Part shown: positions 1 through 7,339 of the stretch, one piece after another
Layout of the letters: the number at the start of each line of letters is the position of its first letter
Numbering within the stretch: the stretch's first letter is position 1
Source of the DNA: Pseudodesulfovibrio mercurii
GTDB taxonomy: Bacteria; Desulfobacterota; Desulfovibrionia; Desulfovibrionales; Desulfovibrionaceae
Length of the DNA stretch: 32,000 nucleotides
Reading direction: 5' to 3'
Assembly: GCF_000189295.2 (NCBI RefSeq)
Contig: NC_016803.1
Span: 1,710,001-1,742,000 of the forward strand
Made by a program: the position numbers and the translations under genes
The notes under the pieces: generated by a model
The model's database searches: none
What the model was told of the DNA's origin: nothing
Seen by the model: the letters and a program-made list of their open reading frames with translations, nothing else

Positions 1-284
1 ACGTCGTCGGCGTGGGTGCAGTGGTCTGACAGACACGGGCCGATGTGGATCACGGTGGGCTGCTCCTGAAGGGGCACGTTCCAGAGCTTGACCTGGGCCA
101 GCCGCTGAACGATGGACGCGCCCGGACAGCCGCCGCAGTTGAGGATGCCCAGGACCTCGGCCTCCTTGTCCTTGTAGCGCGCGAACTGCCCCTCGCGCCG
201 GTTGAAGGCCACCAGGCAGCGGGAACAGCCGATGCAGACGTCGTCCATGGTATTCCGGCATCCGATGATGAGAATCTTTTCCAT
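1..284 (-). CDS. CGGC-domain protein; N-terminal ~94 codons only, the 3' end runs off the window
   Basis: Minus-strand ATG at 284 is preceded by GGAGG (complement of 290-294). The translation MEKILIIGCRNTMDDVCIGCSRCLVAFNRREGQFARYKDKEAEVLGILNCGGCPGASIVQRL... carries the CGGCPG signature and Cys pattern of the CGGC domain. It is absent from the ORF track because no stop lies inside the window. Confidence 0.7.
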   Translation of the reverse strand, partial: MEKILIIGCRNTMDDVCIGCSRCLVAFNRREGQFARYKDKEAEVLGILNCGGCPGASIVQRLAQVKLWNVPLQEQPTVIHIGPCLSDHCTHADD

Positions 285-325
285 GCGAACCTCCTGTGGG
301 TAGTGGTCTCTCCTCATTGTTATAT

Positions 326-354
326 TTGAACGATTGAGTCAATATTCATACTTT
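326..354 (+). promoter_or_regulatory. Putative sigma70-type promoter, TTGAAC-N17-TACTTT, for the 513 gene
   Basis: The hexamers were read directly (326-331 and 349-354). They sit in the AT-rich divergent intergenic region, and the -10 overlaps the 7-bp inverted repeat TATTCAT/ATGAATA (343-349 / 362-368). Confidence 0.3.
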
Positions 355-512
355 ATCGGGAATGAATACCCGGCGCCGACGGGGGGACAAGGGGATCGCC
401 CTCGACCTCCACGGATCGGGGTTTGCATTCACCAAACGCGAAAAACATGCTACCGGAAAGGCAAAGGGAGACGAAGGGGGGAGCAAACAGGCGGCAGACA
501 AAGGGAGACGAC

Positions 513-1334
513 ATGACCACGAAAATCCATGCACGGGCGGCCGTCCTGACGGCCTGCCTGCTCTTGGCGCCGATCCTCGCCTTTGCCTACGGCGGAGGGG
601 GCGACGTCGGCGGGCCGCCGCGCTCGGGGGGCGGGGCGACCATCGGCGCCACCTCGACCTACACGAATCAATGCGTCGGCGTCACGGAGCAGGCCCCGGC
701 CCGGCCCATGCCCATGAGCGAGGCGGACCTGTTCGACATGGACCAGGTCAGCCCCAACGTGCAGCGGCTGAGCCTGATCCTGGACTGCATGGTGGCCGAA
801 GGCGACCTGACCTACACGCAGGCCCGGCATGTCCTGCTCATCTACATGATCGGGGATTACCGGCGCAACCCGCAGACGTGGGGCGGTGAGGCCCCCGCCG
901 CGGGGCACGACCAGGACGCGTCCTCGGCCCAGGACCCGGCGCGCTACACTCACAACCCGGACAACCGCCAGTCCCTGGCCGACGCCTTCGGCACCACGGC
1001 CCAGACTCCGGCGGCCCCGGCGCCGACCACGACCCCTGCCGGGTACGCCAACGCCATCAACAACCACGAGTCCGCCGTGGCGGCCCTCGCCGCCCACCTC
1101 CGGAGCCTGCCCCCCGAGGACCTGCCGGGGTCGGTGCTGATGCCCGAGGACGAGGTCCACGCCAGCCTGCTGGTCTCCACCTTCGCCTGGGACGAGACCC
1201 TGAACATGCCGACCTCCGTGCGCCAGATGGCCATTGTCCTGGAGGGCCAGATCACCAGCGGGACCATAACCCCGCGCAACGCCTATACCGTGCTCATGGT
1301 GCAGGTGGGCAGGACCGCGCGCGCGGCCCGGTAA
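513..1334 (+). CDS. Secreted hypothetical protein with an internal two-fold repeat
   Basis: ATG at 513 follows GGGAG (503-507). The Sec signal MTTKIHARAAVLTACLLLAPILAFA is followed by a Gly-rich stretch. Two similar ~30-aa modules are present (VQRLSLILDCMVAEGDLTYTQARHVLLIYMIG and VRQMAIVLEGQITSGTITPRNAYTVLMVQVG). The 423 start in the track adds a basic, non-signal extension and is less likely. Confidence 0.6.
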   Translation: MTTKIHARAAVLTACLLLAPILAFAYGGGGDVGGPPRSGGGATIGATSTYTNQCVGVTEQAPARPMPMSEADLFDMDQVSPNVQRLSLILDCMVAEGDLTYTQARHVLLIYMIGDYRRNPQTWGGEAPAAGHDQDASSAQDPARYTHNPDNRQSLADAFGTTAQTPAAPAPTTTPAGYANAINNHESAVAALAAHLRSLPPEDLPGSVLMPEDEVHASLLVSTFAWDETLNMPTSVRQMAIVLEGQITSGTITPRNAYTVLMVQVGRTARAAR

Positions 1335-1344
1335 GGAGGCGACC

Positions 1345-2415
1345 ATGCGACAGACATCCATGCTTCTCGCGGGCGCCCTGCTCTGCCTGACCCTGGCCGC
1401 TGCCGGGTGCGTCACGGGCTCCGGATCGACCTCGGCCGCTTCCGCCTCTTCCTCTTCCGCATCTTCAGCCGCCAATGCCGACGGGCGGGAGAAGCGGATC
1501 TATCAACCCCGGCAGGTGGACCTGGATGGCCGGTCCCTGCTGGCCGCCGTGACCCTGGACCTGGCGCGCAACGGCATCCTGCCCTCGGGTCCGCTGGTGA
1601 CCATGGCCCCGGACGCCACGGTGGCCCTGGCCCCGGCCCCGGCCGGCTTCCGGGAGACGGACCGGGCCGTGACCGGCGCCGACCAGCTGGGCGACGGGCT
1701 CTATGCCCTGGAGGCCGCCCGGCGGTACGAGGACGGCCTGGGCCGACGGGCCGCCTTCCTCGACCTGGCGGTCTACACCCTGTTCGACCCCGAAAACAGC
1801 GAACTGAACCGCCGCGCGGAGGAACTGCGCTCCGCCTACGTGGCGGCCATGCGCAGCAACGACCCGGCCATGCGGCAGGCCATGGCCCGCTTCGTGACCG
1901 ATTTCCAAAACCAATACGGGCTGCGCGCGGACGGGGCCCTCACCCCGCAGACCGCCATGGCCATGGCCGCGGCCACGCCCGTCCAGACCTTCCAGATCCT
2001 GGCCTCCACGCCGCTGTACGCCGAGACCCCGCGCTACGAGATCCACCTCCTGGACGAGACCTACGGCCGGAACGCCCCGGACACCTACCTCAAGGGATTC
2101 GACAGCCTGCCCGCCATCCGGGGCCGGGCCGTGCCCGAGGGGCAGTACCAGGCGGCCGCTGCCAAGGGCGGACGGTACCTGATCATGGTCCACTTCCTGG
2201 ACCAGCTGCCGCCCGGCACCCCGGTGCAGGTGGCCCTTTCCCCGAACGAGACGCGCAAGGGCACGGACCGCAAGGCGGCCTCGCCCATGTTCTACGCGGA
2301 CGGCCGTTCCTGGCCCGTGCTCGTGGTCCCGGCGACCCTGAAGGGCGTCACCGGCAAACTCTGGGTCCACGTGCTCGTGAACGACGCGATCCTCGGCTCC
2401 ATCCGGTTGAAATGA
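1345..2415 (+). CDS. Lipoprotein of unknown function with a peptidoglycan-binding-like segment
   Basis: The start sits 10 nt after the upstream stop and is preceded by AAGGAGG. The signal plus lipobox reads MRQTSMLLAGALLCLTLAAAGC and is followed by a Ser/Ala linker. FQNQYGLRADGALTPQTAMAM resembles the end of a PG_binding_1 repeat. Confidence 0.65.
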   Translation: MRQTSMLLAGALLCLTLAAAGCVTGSGSTSAASASSSSASSAANADGREKRIYQPRQVDLDGRSLLAAVTLDLARNGILPSGPLVTMAPDATVALAPAPAGFRETDRAVTGADQLGDGLYALEAARRYEDGLGRRAAFLDLAVYTLFDPENSELNRRAEELRSAYVAAMRSNDPAMRQAMARFVTDFQNQYGLRADGALTPQTAMAMAAATPVQTFQILASTPLYAETPRYEIHLLDETYGRNAPDTYLKGFDSLPAIRGRAVPEGQYQAAAAKGGRYLIMVHFLDQLPPGTPVQVALSPNETRKGTDRKAASPMFYADGRSWPVLVVPATLKGVTGKLWVHVLVNDAILGSIRLK

Positions 2416-2441
2416 CCGGAGCAAACCCGGGCGACCTTTGC

Positions 2442-2472
2442 GGGGAGCGGCCAAAACCGCTCCCCTTTTTTT
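2442..2472 (+). terminator. Rho-independent terminator of the 513-2415 operon
   Basis: The 9-bp stem GGGGAGCGG/CCGCTCCCC (2442-2450 / 2457-2465) has a 6-nt loop and is followed by T7 (2466-2472). Confidence 0.8.
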
Positions 2473-2580
2473 AATGATGAAAAGGTGTTGGAAAGGCTTG
2501 AAAGGCCCGGCAAGTTATGGTGGACTGGATAGTATGTCGGTGCTAGGTTGCATTCCCCGGCAAGATTGGAGGTTTTTTCA

Positions 2581-2769
2581 ATGTTCGGTTTCTTCACCAA
2601 TTACAAAAAAGCGGCCATGAAGTTTCTTTCCCAACACCAGGTCGGCCAACGGCTCTTCTCCACCGGCGACGGCGGCCGAAAAATGCGCTTCCTGCGCGAA
2701 AAGGGCTACGTGGTTTCCGAGCGCGTCTCGGAAAACCGTTGGGTCCATGAGATCGTGAAAAAGCCCTAG
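2581..2769 (+). CDS. Small basic hypothetical protein (62 aa)
   Basis: GGAGG at 2569-2573 lies 7 nt upstream of the ATG at 2581. Third codon positions are mostly G/C, as in neighbouring genes. I recognised no family. The 2548 start in the track lacks an RBS. Confidence 0.4.
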   Translation: MFGFFTNYKKAAMKFLSQHQVGQRLFSTGDGGRKMRFLREKGYVVSERVSENRWVHEIVKKP

Positions 2770-3001
2770 CCCCCTCTCGGCGGGCGGGGCCGACCCTTCG
2801 GCCGGACCCGTCCTCCCCCCCCTGCTCCGCACCCCCCAAGCCCAGTCCGGACCACCCTCACCCGAGCGGAATAGTGGTCGGCTCTCTCTCCGTGTCCGTT
2901 TTTTTTCGATTTTTCCGTCCCCGCACCGGGCATGTGAAATTTCTCGCAAAGCCCTTGCCAGCCCTGGCCTAGCCCCCTGTCCTGAGAACGATTTTCAAAT
3001 A

Positions 3002-3155
3002 ACCTACTCAACTGGTTCCTCATTTGTTCCAGCATGTTGAATGGTATTTGGGAACAATTCCCACCTCGTCATTTCTGCTTGACGAAGCCCTCGCATCTAA
3101 CATACCGGGCAAGTAGGTATTAATACCTCGTAGTTGAGTAGGTATTTTAACCTAC
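3002..3155. promoter_or_regulatory. Cluster of TAGGT/ACCTA palindromes in the AT-rich region upstream of hmcA (candidate operator or leader structure)
   Basis: There is a perfect 14-bp palindrome AGGTATTAATACCT (3115-3128). An inverted repeat GTAGGT-N6-ACCTAC lies at 3138-3155. The 10-bp direct repeat AGTAGGTATT occurs at 3112-3121 and 3137-3146. The 12-mer ACCTACTCAACT (3002-3013) has its exact reverse complement at 3132-3143. Confidence 0.4.
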
Positions 3156-3301
3156 CCAACCGGGGGATTTTAAGACCGGATTTCCGCGCGGCGGAAGATG
3201 CCGCGCCATGGGGGGCCGGAGGTGCCCGGAAACGGGCCCAGGAGAACGGGCCGAAGAGGCCGGTTCATTGCCATCAACGCTTTTGAGAAAGGGATCGACA
3301 C

Positions 3302-4897
3302 ATGGCAAACGGTAAACGGATACTGCGATTGACCGCCATCGTGATCGCGCTGGCCGGGGTGCTCGGCTTCCAGCTGGAAGCCATGGGCATGCTCGACGCC
3401 GCGGACCAGGCCGCCGGACGGCCGGATGTGATCATGATCGACACCATCGCCGGGCTGGAGACACTGGAGCAACCCGCGGCCGTGTTCCGGCACGACGCGC
3501 ACACCAAGGCCCTGAAGGACCAGGGCATGAGCTGCGAATCCTGCCACAAGAAGGACGACAAGGGGAACCTGGCCCTGACCTTCGACCGGCGGGCGGACGG
3601 GGCGTCCCCCGAGACGACCGCGTCCGGGCTCAAGGACCTGTACCACAACGGCTGCATTTCCTGCCACGTTGAGAGCGCGGACAAGGGTTTCAAGTCCGGC
3701 CCCAAGGCGGGCGAGTGCCGCAGCTGTCACCAGGAGCGGCCCGAAGCCGCCGACCGGGTCCCGGCGGGCATGGACAACGCGCTCCACTTCGTCCACTGGG
3801 ACTCCAAGGTCATCCCGGCCGATCCCGGCAAGGAGACCAACTGCCAGGCCTGCCACAAGAAGGCGGGCGAAGAGGATTCCTGGCGCTTCTCCGAGGCGGC
3901 CAAAACCGAGCCCCTCAAGGACGTCTTCCACAGCCAGTGCGTGACCTGCCATGAGCGCTTCGCCGAGGCCAAGGCCGACCGGACCGGCCCGGTGCAGTGC
4001 GCCGGCTGTCACGGCGAGACGGAAACCGCCGCGCGCGCGGTGGAGCTGGCCAAAAACCTGAAGGCCATGGGCGGCACCCTGCCGCGCCTGCCGCGCAAGC
4101 AGCCCGACGCCGCGCTCCTGGCCCCCGAGACCAAGCCCGAGGCGGTGAACGAAAAGCCCGTGGGCATGGCCCCGGTGGCCTTCGACCACAAGCTGCACGA
4201 GGCCGAAACCGCGTCCTGCCTGACCTGCCACAAGGACGGCGTCAACGCCAAGCTGGCCCCCTCCTTCGAAGCCCTGCACGACGTGGCCGACCCGGCCTCC
4301 TGCGTGGGCTGCCACGTCCAGGAACAGCAGAAGCCCGAATGCGCGGGCTGCCACGCGGCCCGTCCGGCCGCCAAGGCGCTGTCCCAGGACGCCTGCGCCA
4401 CCTGCCACAACGTCAAGGCCGAGTCCGGCCTGCTCATGGCCGCCGCGCCCCTGAACCCGGCCGCCATGTCCAAGGATGAGAAAGCGGCCGAGGCCGCCAG
4501 GGTCATCGCGCAGCGTCCCGAGACCCAGGCCGTGGTCGCGGAGCGGGACATCCCCGAGTTCGTGACCATCGCCGGGCTGGCCGACAAGTACCAGCCGAGC
4601 AAGATGCCCCACCGCAAGATCGTCATGACCCTGTACAAGGGCATGCGGGGCAGCAAGCTGGCCGCGACCTTCCACACCACTCCCCAGGCCATCTGCGCCG
4701 GTTGCCACCACAACGCCCCGGCCAGTCTGACGCCGCCCAAGTGCGCCTCCTGCCACGGCAAGCCCTTCGAGACCGAAGGCAAGCCCGGCCTCAAGGCCGC
4801 GTACCACGGCCAGTGCATGACCTGTCACAAAGAAATGAAGCTCGAAAAGCCCGCCGCCACCAACTGTGTCGCGTGCCACGAGAAGAAAACCAACTAG
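3302..4897 (+). CDS. hmcA: High-molecular-weight multihaem cytochrome c HmcA (14 CXXCH motifs)
   Basis: The Sec signal is MANGKRILRLTAIVIALAGVLGFQLEA. There are 14 CXXCH motifs (CESCH, CISCH, CRSCH, CQACH, CVTCH, CAGCH, CLTCH, CVGCH, CAGCH, CATCH, CAGCH, CASCH, CMTCH, CVACH), and all 28 Cys lie in them. It is the first gene of a six-gene set in the hmcABCDEF order. Confidence 0.9.
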   Translation: MANGKRILRLTAIVIALAGVLGFQLEAMGMLDAADQAAGRPDVIMIDTIAGLETLEQPAAVFRHDAHTKALKDQGMSCESCHKKDDKGNLALTFDRRADGASPETTASGLKDLYHNGCISCHVESADKGFKSGPKAGECRSCHQERPEAADRVPAGMDNALHFVHWDSKVIPADPGKETNCQACHKKAGEEDSWRFSEAAKTEPLKDVFHSQCVTCHERFAEAKADRTGPVQCAGCHGETETAARAVELAKNLKAMGGTLPRLPRKQPDAALLAPETKPEAVNEKPVGMAPVAFDHKLHEAETASCLTCHKDGVNAKLAPSFEALHDVADPASCVGCHVQEQQKPECAGCHAARPAAKALSQDACATCHNVKAESGLLMAAAPLNPAAMSKDEKAAEAARVIAQRPETQAVVAERDIPEFVTIAGLADKYQPSKMPHRKIVMTLYKGMRGSKLAATFHTTPQAICAGCHHNAPASLTPPKCASCHGKPFETEGKPGLKAAYHGQCMTCHKEMKLEKPAATNCVACHEKKTN

Positions 4898-4912
4898 CCG
4901 AAGGAGTACACG

Positions 4913-5968
4913 ATGTTACGCAGAACCTTCCTCGGATTGTTGGGCGCCGCGGGCGCGAGCGCAGCGCTGGCCACCCCGGCCAAGGCCGCGAACAAGCACT
5001 TCGGCCCGCACCCCGACACCCACGGCGTGCTCTTTGACGCCACCCGTTGCATCGGCTGCCGCCAGTGCGAGCAGGCCTGCAACGAAGTCAACGAACTGCC
5101 CGCCCCGGCCCGGCCGTTCGACGACCTGACCGTGCTCGACACCGAGCGCCGGACCGACGACAAGACCTTCACCGTGGTCAACAAGTACCAGACCTCCAAG
5201 GGCCCGGTCTTCCGCAAGACCCAGTGCAACCACTGCCTGGAGCCGGCCTGCGCCTCGGCCTGCTTCGTCAAGGCCTTCAAGAAGCAGCCCAACGGCGCGG
5301 TGACCTACGACGCCTCGGTCTGCGTGGGCTGCCGCTACTGCATGGTGGCCTGCCCGTTCTCGATCCCGGCCTACGAATACGACGAGCCCCTGACCCCGAG
5401 GGTGCGCAAGTGCACCATGTGCTACCCGCGCCTTCAGGAGGGCAAGCTCCCCGGCTGCGTGGAGAAATGTCCCAAGGAGGCCCTGACCTTCGGTCTGCGC
5501 GCCGACCTGATCCAGATCGCCCGCAAGCGCATCGAGACCTACCCCGAGCGCTACGTGGACCACATCTACGGCGAGCACGAGATGGGCGGCACCAGCTGGA
5601 TGTACCTGTCCAGCGTGCCGTTCAGCGAGATCGGCATGCGCGAGGACCTGGGCACCGCGTCCGCCCCCGAGCTGACCGCCGGTCCCCTGGCCACCGTGCC
5701 CATGGTCGTGGGCTTGTGGCCCGTGCTCCTGGGCGGCATCTACGCCGTCAGCCAGCGCAACGCCAAGGTGGCCAACGCCGAACGCGTCAAGGCGGTCAAG
5801 GACGCCCTGACCAAGGCGGGCGAAGAGGCCGAAAAGAAGCTTCACGAGGAGCTGGGCAAGGCCGAGCAGGCCAGCCAGCGGCGCATCGAGGTCGAGGTCA
5901 AGAAGGCCGTCGAGGAGGCGCTCGCTCCCAAGGAAGAGGACGCCGGAACCAACGAGGAGGAGTCCTAG
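4913..5968 (+). CDS. hmcB: HmcB: Tat-exported 4x[4Fe-4S] ferredoxin-like subunit with a C-terminal TM anchor
   Basis: GAAGGAG RBS. The twin-arginine signal is [25 protein letters not shown]. Cys clusters are [36 protein letters not shown] and CTMC...CVEKCP. A TM helix [17 protein letters not shown] is followed by a charged tail. Confidence 0.9.
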   Translation: MLRRTFLGLLGAAGASAALATPAKAANKHFGPHPDTHGVLFDATRCIGCRQCEQACNEVNELPAPARPFDDLTVLDTERRTDDKTFTVVNKYQTSKGPVFRKTQCNHCLEPACASACFVKAFKKQPNGAVTYDASVCVGCRYCMVACPFSIPAYEYDEPLTPRVRKCTMCYPRLQEGKLPGCVEKCPKEALTFGLRADLIQIARKRIETYPERYVDHIYGEHEMGGTSWMYLSSVPFSEIGMREDLGTASAPELTAGPLATVPMVVGLWPVLLGGIYAVSQRNAKVANAERVKAVKDALTKAGEEAEKKLHEELGKAEQASQRRIEVEVKKAVEEALAPKEEDAGTNEEES

Positions 5969-7144
5969 ATGTCTGTCGAAACCACTGCGGTCGCGAAGAA
6001 ATCCCTCTTCACGCCGTTCAATCTCATTGCAGCGGTCATTCTCGCCGCCGGGCTGGTGGTCACGGTGATGCGCTTCACCGGCGGACTCGGGTCCGTCACC
6101 AACCTGGACCAGAACAACCCCTGGGGCCTCTGGATCGGCTTCGACCTGTTGTGCGGCGTGGCCCTGGCCGCGGGCGGCTACACCACCTCCGCCGCCTGCT
6201 ACCTCTTCGGCCTGAAGAAGTACCACGCGGGCGTGCGCCCGGCCATCCTGACCGCCTTCCTGGGCTACGCCCTGGTGGTCTTCGCCCTGGGCTACGACGT
6301 GGGCCGTCCGTGGCGGCTGCCCTATCCCATTTTCGTCCAGCAGGGCACCACGTCCCTGCTCTTCGAGGTGGGCCTCTGCGTCATGATCTACCTGACCGTG
6401 CTGTTCATCGAATTCACGCCCGCCATGTTCGAGTGGCTGGGCATGAGGAAGATCCGCAACATCGTGGTCAAGATGACCCTGGCCCTGACCATCCTGGGCG
6501 TGGTCCTGTCCACGCTGCACCAGTCCTCCCTGGGCGCGCTGTACACCATCGTGCCCTCGAAACTGCACCCGCTGTGGTACTCCCTGTACCTCCCGGTGTT
6601 CTTCTTCGTGTCGAGCATCTGCGCGGGCATGTCCATGGTCATCTTCGAAGGCACCCTCTCCCACAAGCCCATGCACCACTTGATGGACAAGGAGTACCTG
6701 GACAACCACGACGGCCTGATCCTGGGTTTCGGCAAGGCCACTTCCCTCGTGCTGTTCGGGTACTTCGCCATCAAGGTCATCGGCCTGGCCTACGACAACA
6801 ACTGGCACTACCTGACCACCGGCTACGGCGCGTGGTACCTGGTTGAGATGCTCGGTTTCGTGGCCCTGCCGTCCTTCCTGTACGCCGTGGGCGCGCGGGA
6901 CAGGAACCTGACCATCATCCGCTGGGCCGCGGGCCTGACCGTGCTCGGCATCATCGTCAACCGGTTCAACATCTCCATGGTCGCCTTCAACTGGCAGCTC
7001 CCGGCCGCGCAGCGGTACTTCCCGAGCTGGGGCGAGATCACCATCTCCCTGTTCGTGGTGACCATCGGCGTGTTGGCCTTCCGGTTCATCAGCACCAGGA
7101 TGCCCATCTTCTACGAGCATCCCGACTACAAGGGCGAACACTAG
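5969..7144 (+). CDS. hmcC: HmcC: NrfD/PsrC-type polytopic membrane quinone-interacting subunit
   Basis: The ATG directly abuts the hmcB stop. The 391-aa protein is highly hydrophobic with multiple TM segments, and its position in the operon fits. Confidence 0.9.
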   Translation: MSVETTAVAKKSLFTPFNLIAAVILAAGLVVTVMRFTGGLGSVTNLDQNNPWGLWIGFDLLCGVALAAGGYTTSAACYLFGLKKYHAGVRPAILTAFLGYALVVFALGYDVGRPWRLPYPIFVQQGTTSLLFEVGLCVMIYLTVLFIEFTPAMFEWLGMRKIRNIVVKMTLALTILGVVLSTLHQSSLGALYTIVPSKLHPLWYSLYLPVFFFVSSICAGMSMVIFEGTLSHKPMHHLMDKEYLDNHDGLILGFGKATSLVLFGYFAIKVIGLAYDNNWHYLTTGYGAWYLVEMLGFVALPSFLYAVGARDRNLTIIRWAAGLTVLGIIVNRFNISMVAFNWQLPAAQRYFPSWGEITISLFVVTIGVLAFRFISTRMPIFYEHPDYKGEH

Positions 7145-7153
7145 GAGGTTGCC

Positions 7154-7285
7154 ATGGAATTCTACACTCTCCAAGACTACTACACCTTCACCAAGGGGAC
7201 CGTGTACCTGCTCATGGGCGGCATCCTGGTGGCGGCGACGCTGTACTGGCGCTTCCTCATGGGCGGCAATAAGAAGGACGACTAG
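7154..7285 (+). CDS. hmcD: HmcD: 43-aa single-TM membrane subunit
   Basis: It is below the ORF-track size cut-off. AGGAGG at 7143-7148 lies 5 nt upstream of the ATG at 7154. The translation is MEFYTLQDYYTFTKGTVYLLMGGILVAATLYWRFLMGGNKKDD, with a stop at 7283-7285. It fills the gap between hmcC and hmcE exactly where hmcD lies in D. vulgaris. Confidence 0.65.
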   Translation: MEFYTLQDYYTFTKGTVYLLMGGILVAATLYWRFLMGGNKKDD

Positions 7286-7339
7286 CCTCACGGGCCATCG
7301 TTTCAAGATCAACGATTTGACGATCAAGGAGTAGCGGAA

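Noticed and set aside
45-329. 94-aa plus-strand ORF at the left edge
   Set aside because: The opposite strand encodes a protein with a clear CGGC-domain signature and a GGAGG RBS, and the plus-strand translation has no features.
423-512. N-terminal extensions offered by the ORF track: 423 for the secreted protein, 13422 for rrf2, 16425 for the NrfH-type gene, 18537 for the cyclase, 25747 for dctQ, 30061 for the synthetase and 31915 for the nitroreductase
   Set aside because: In each case an internal ATG has a proper Shine-Dalgarno at 4-9 nt and yields a canonical N-terminus (signal peptide, family-typical start). The extension lacks an RBS or overlaps promoter or hairpin elements.
3013-3027. 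Sigma54-like element TGGTTC-N5-TTGT upstream of hmcA
   Set aside because: The -12 GC is replaced by GT and the -24 region is poor. No sigma54 enhancer-binding protein (AAA+ NtrC-type) is encoded in the window. A second near-match at about 10421 has the wrong spacing.
2766-3035. 89-aa minus-strand ORF in the hmc upstream spacer
   Set aside because: It has no RBS. The C-terminal half is Gly/Arg/Pro low-complexity sequence derived from the C-rich spacer, and it overlaps the palindrome region. It is probably non-coding.
3170-4879. 569-aa minus-strand ORF opposite hmcA. The same situation applies to 10840-13383, 13816-16374, 16987-18561, 18363-20777, 21243-22769 and 24717-25934.
   Set aside because: All are antisense shadows of motif-rich genes on the plus strand, and none has a domain signature or a credible start context.
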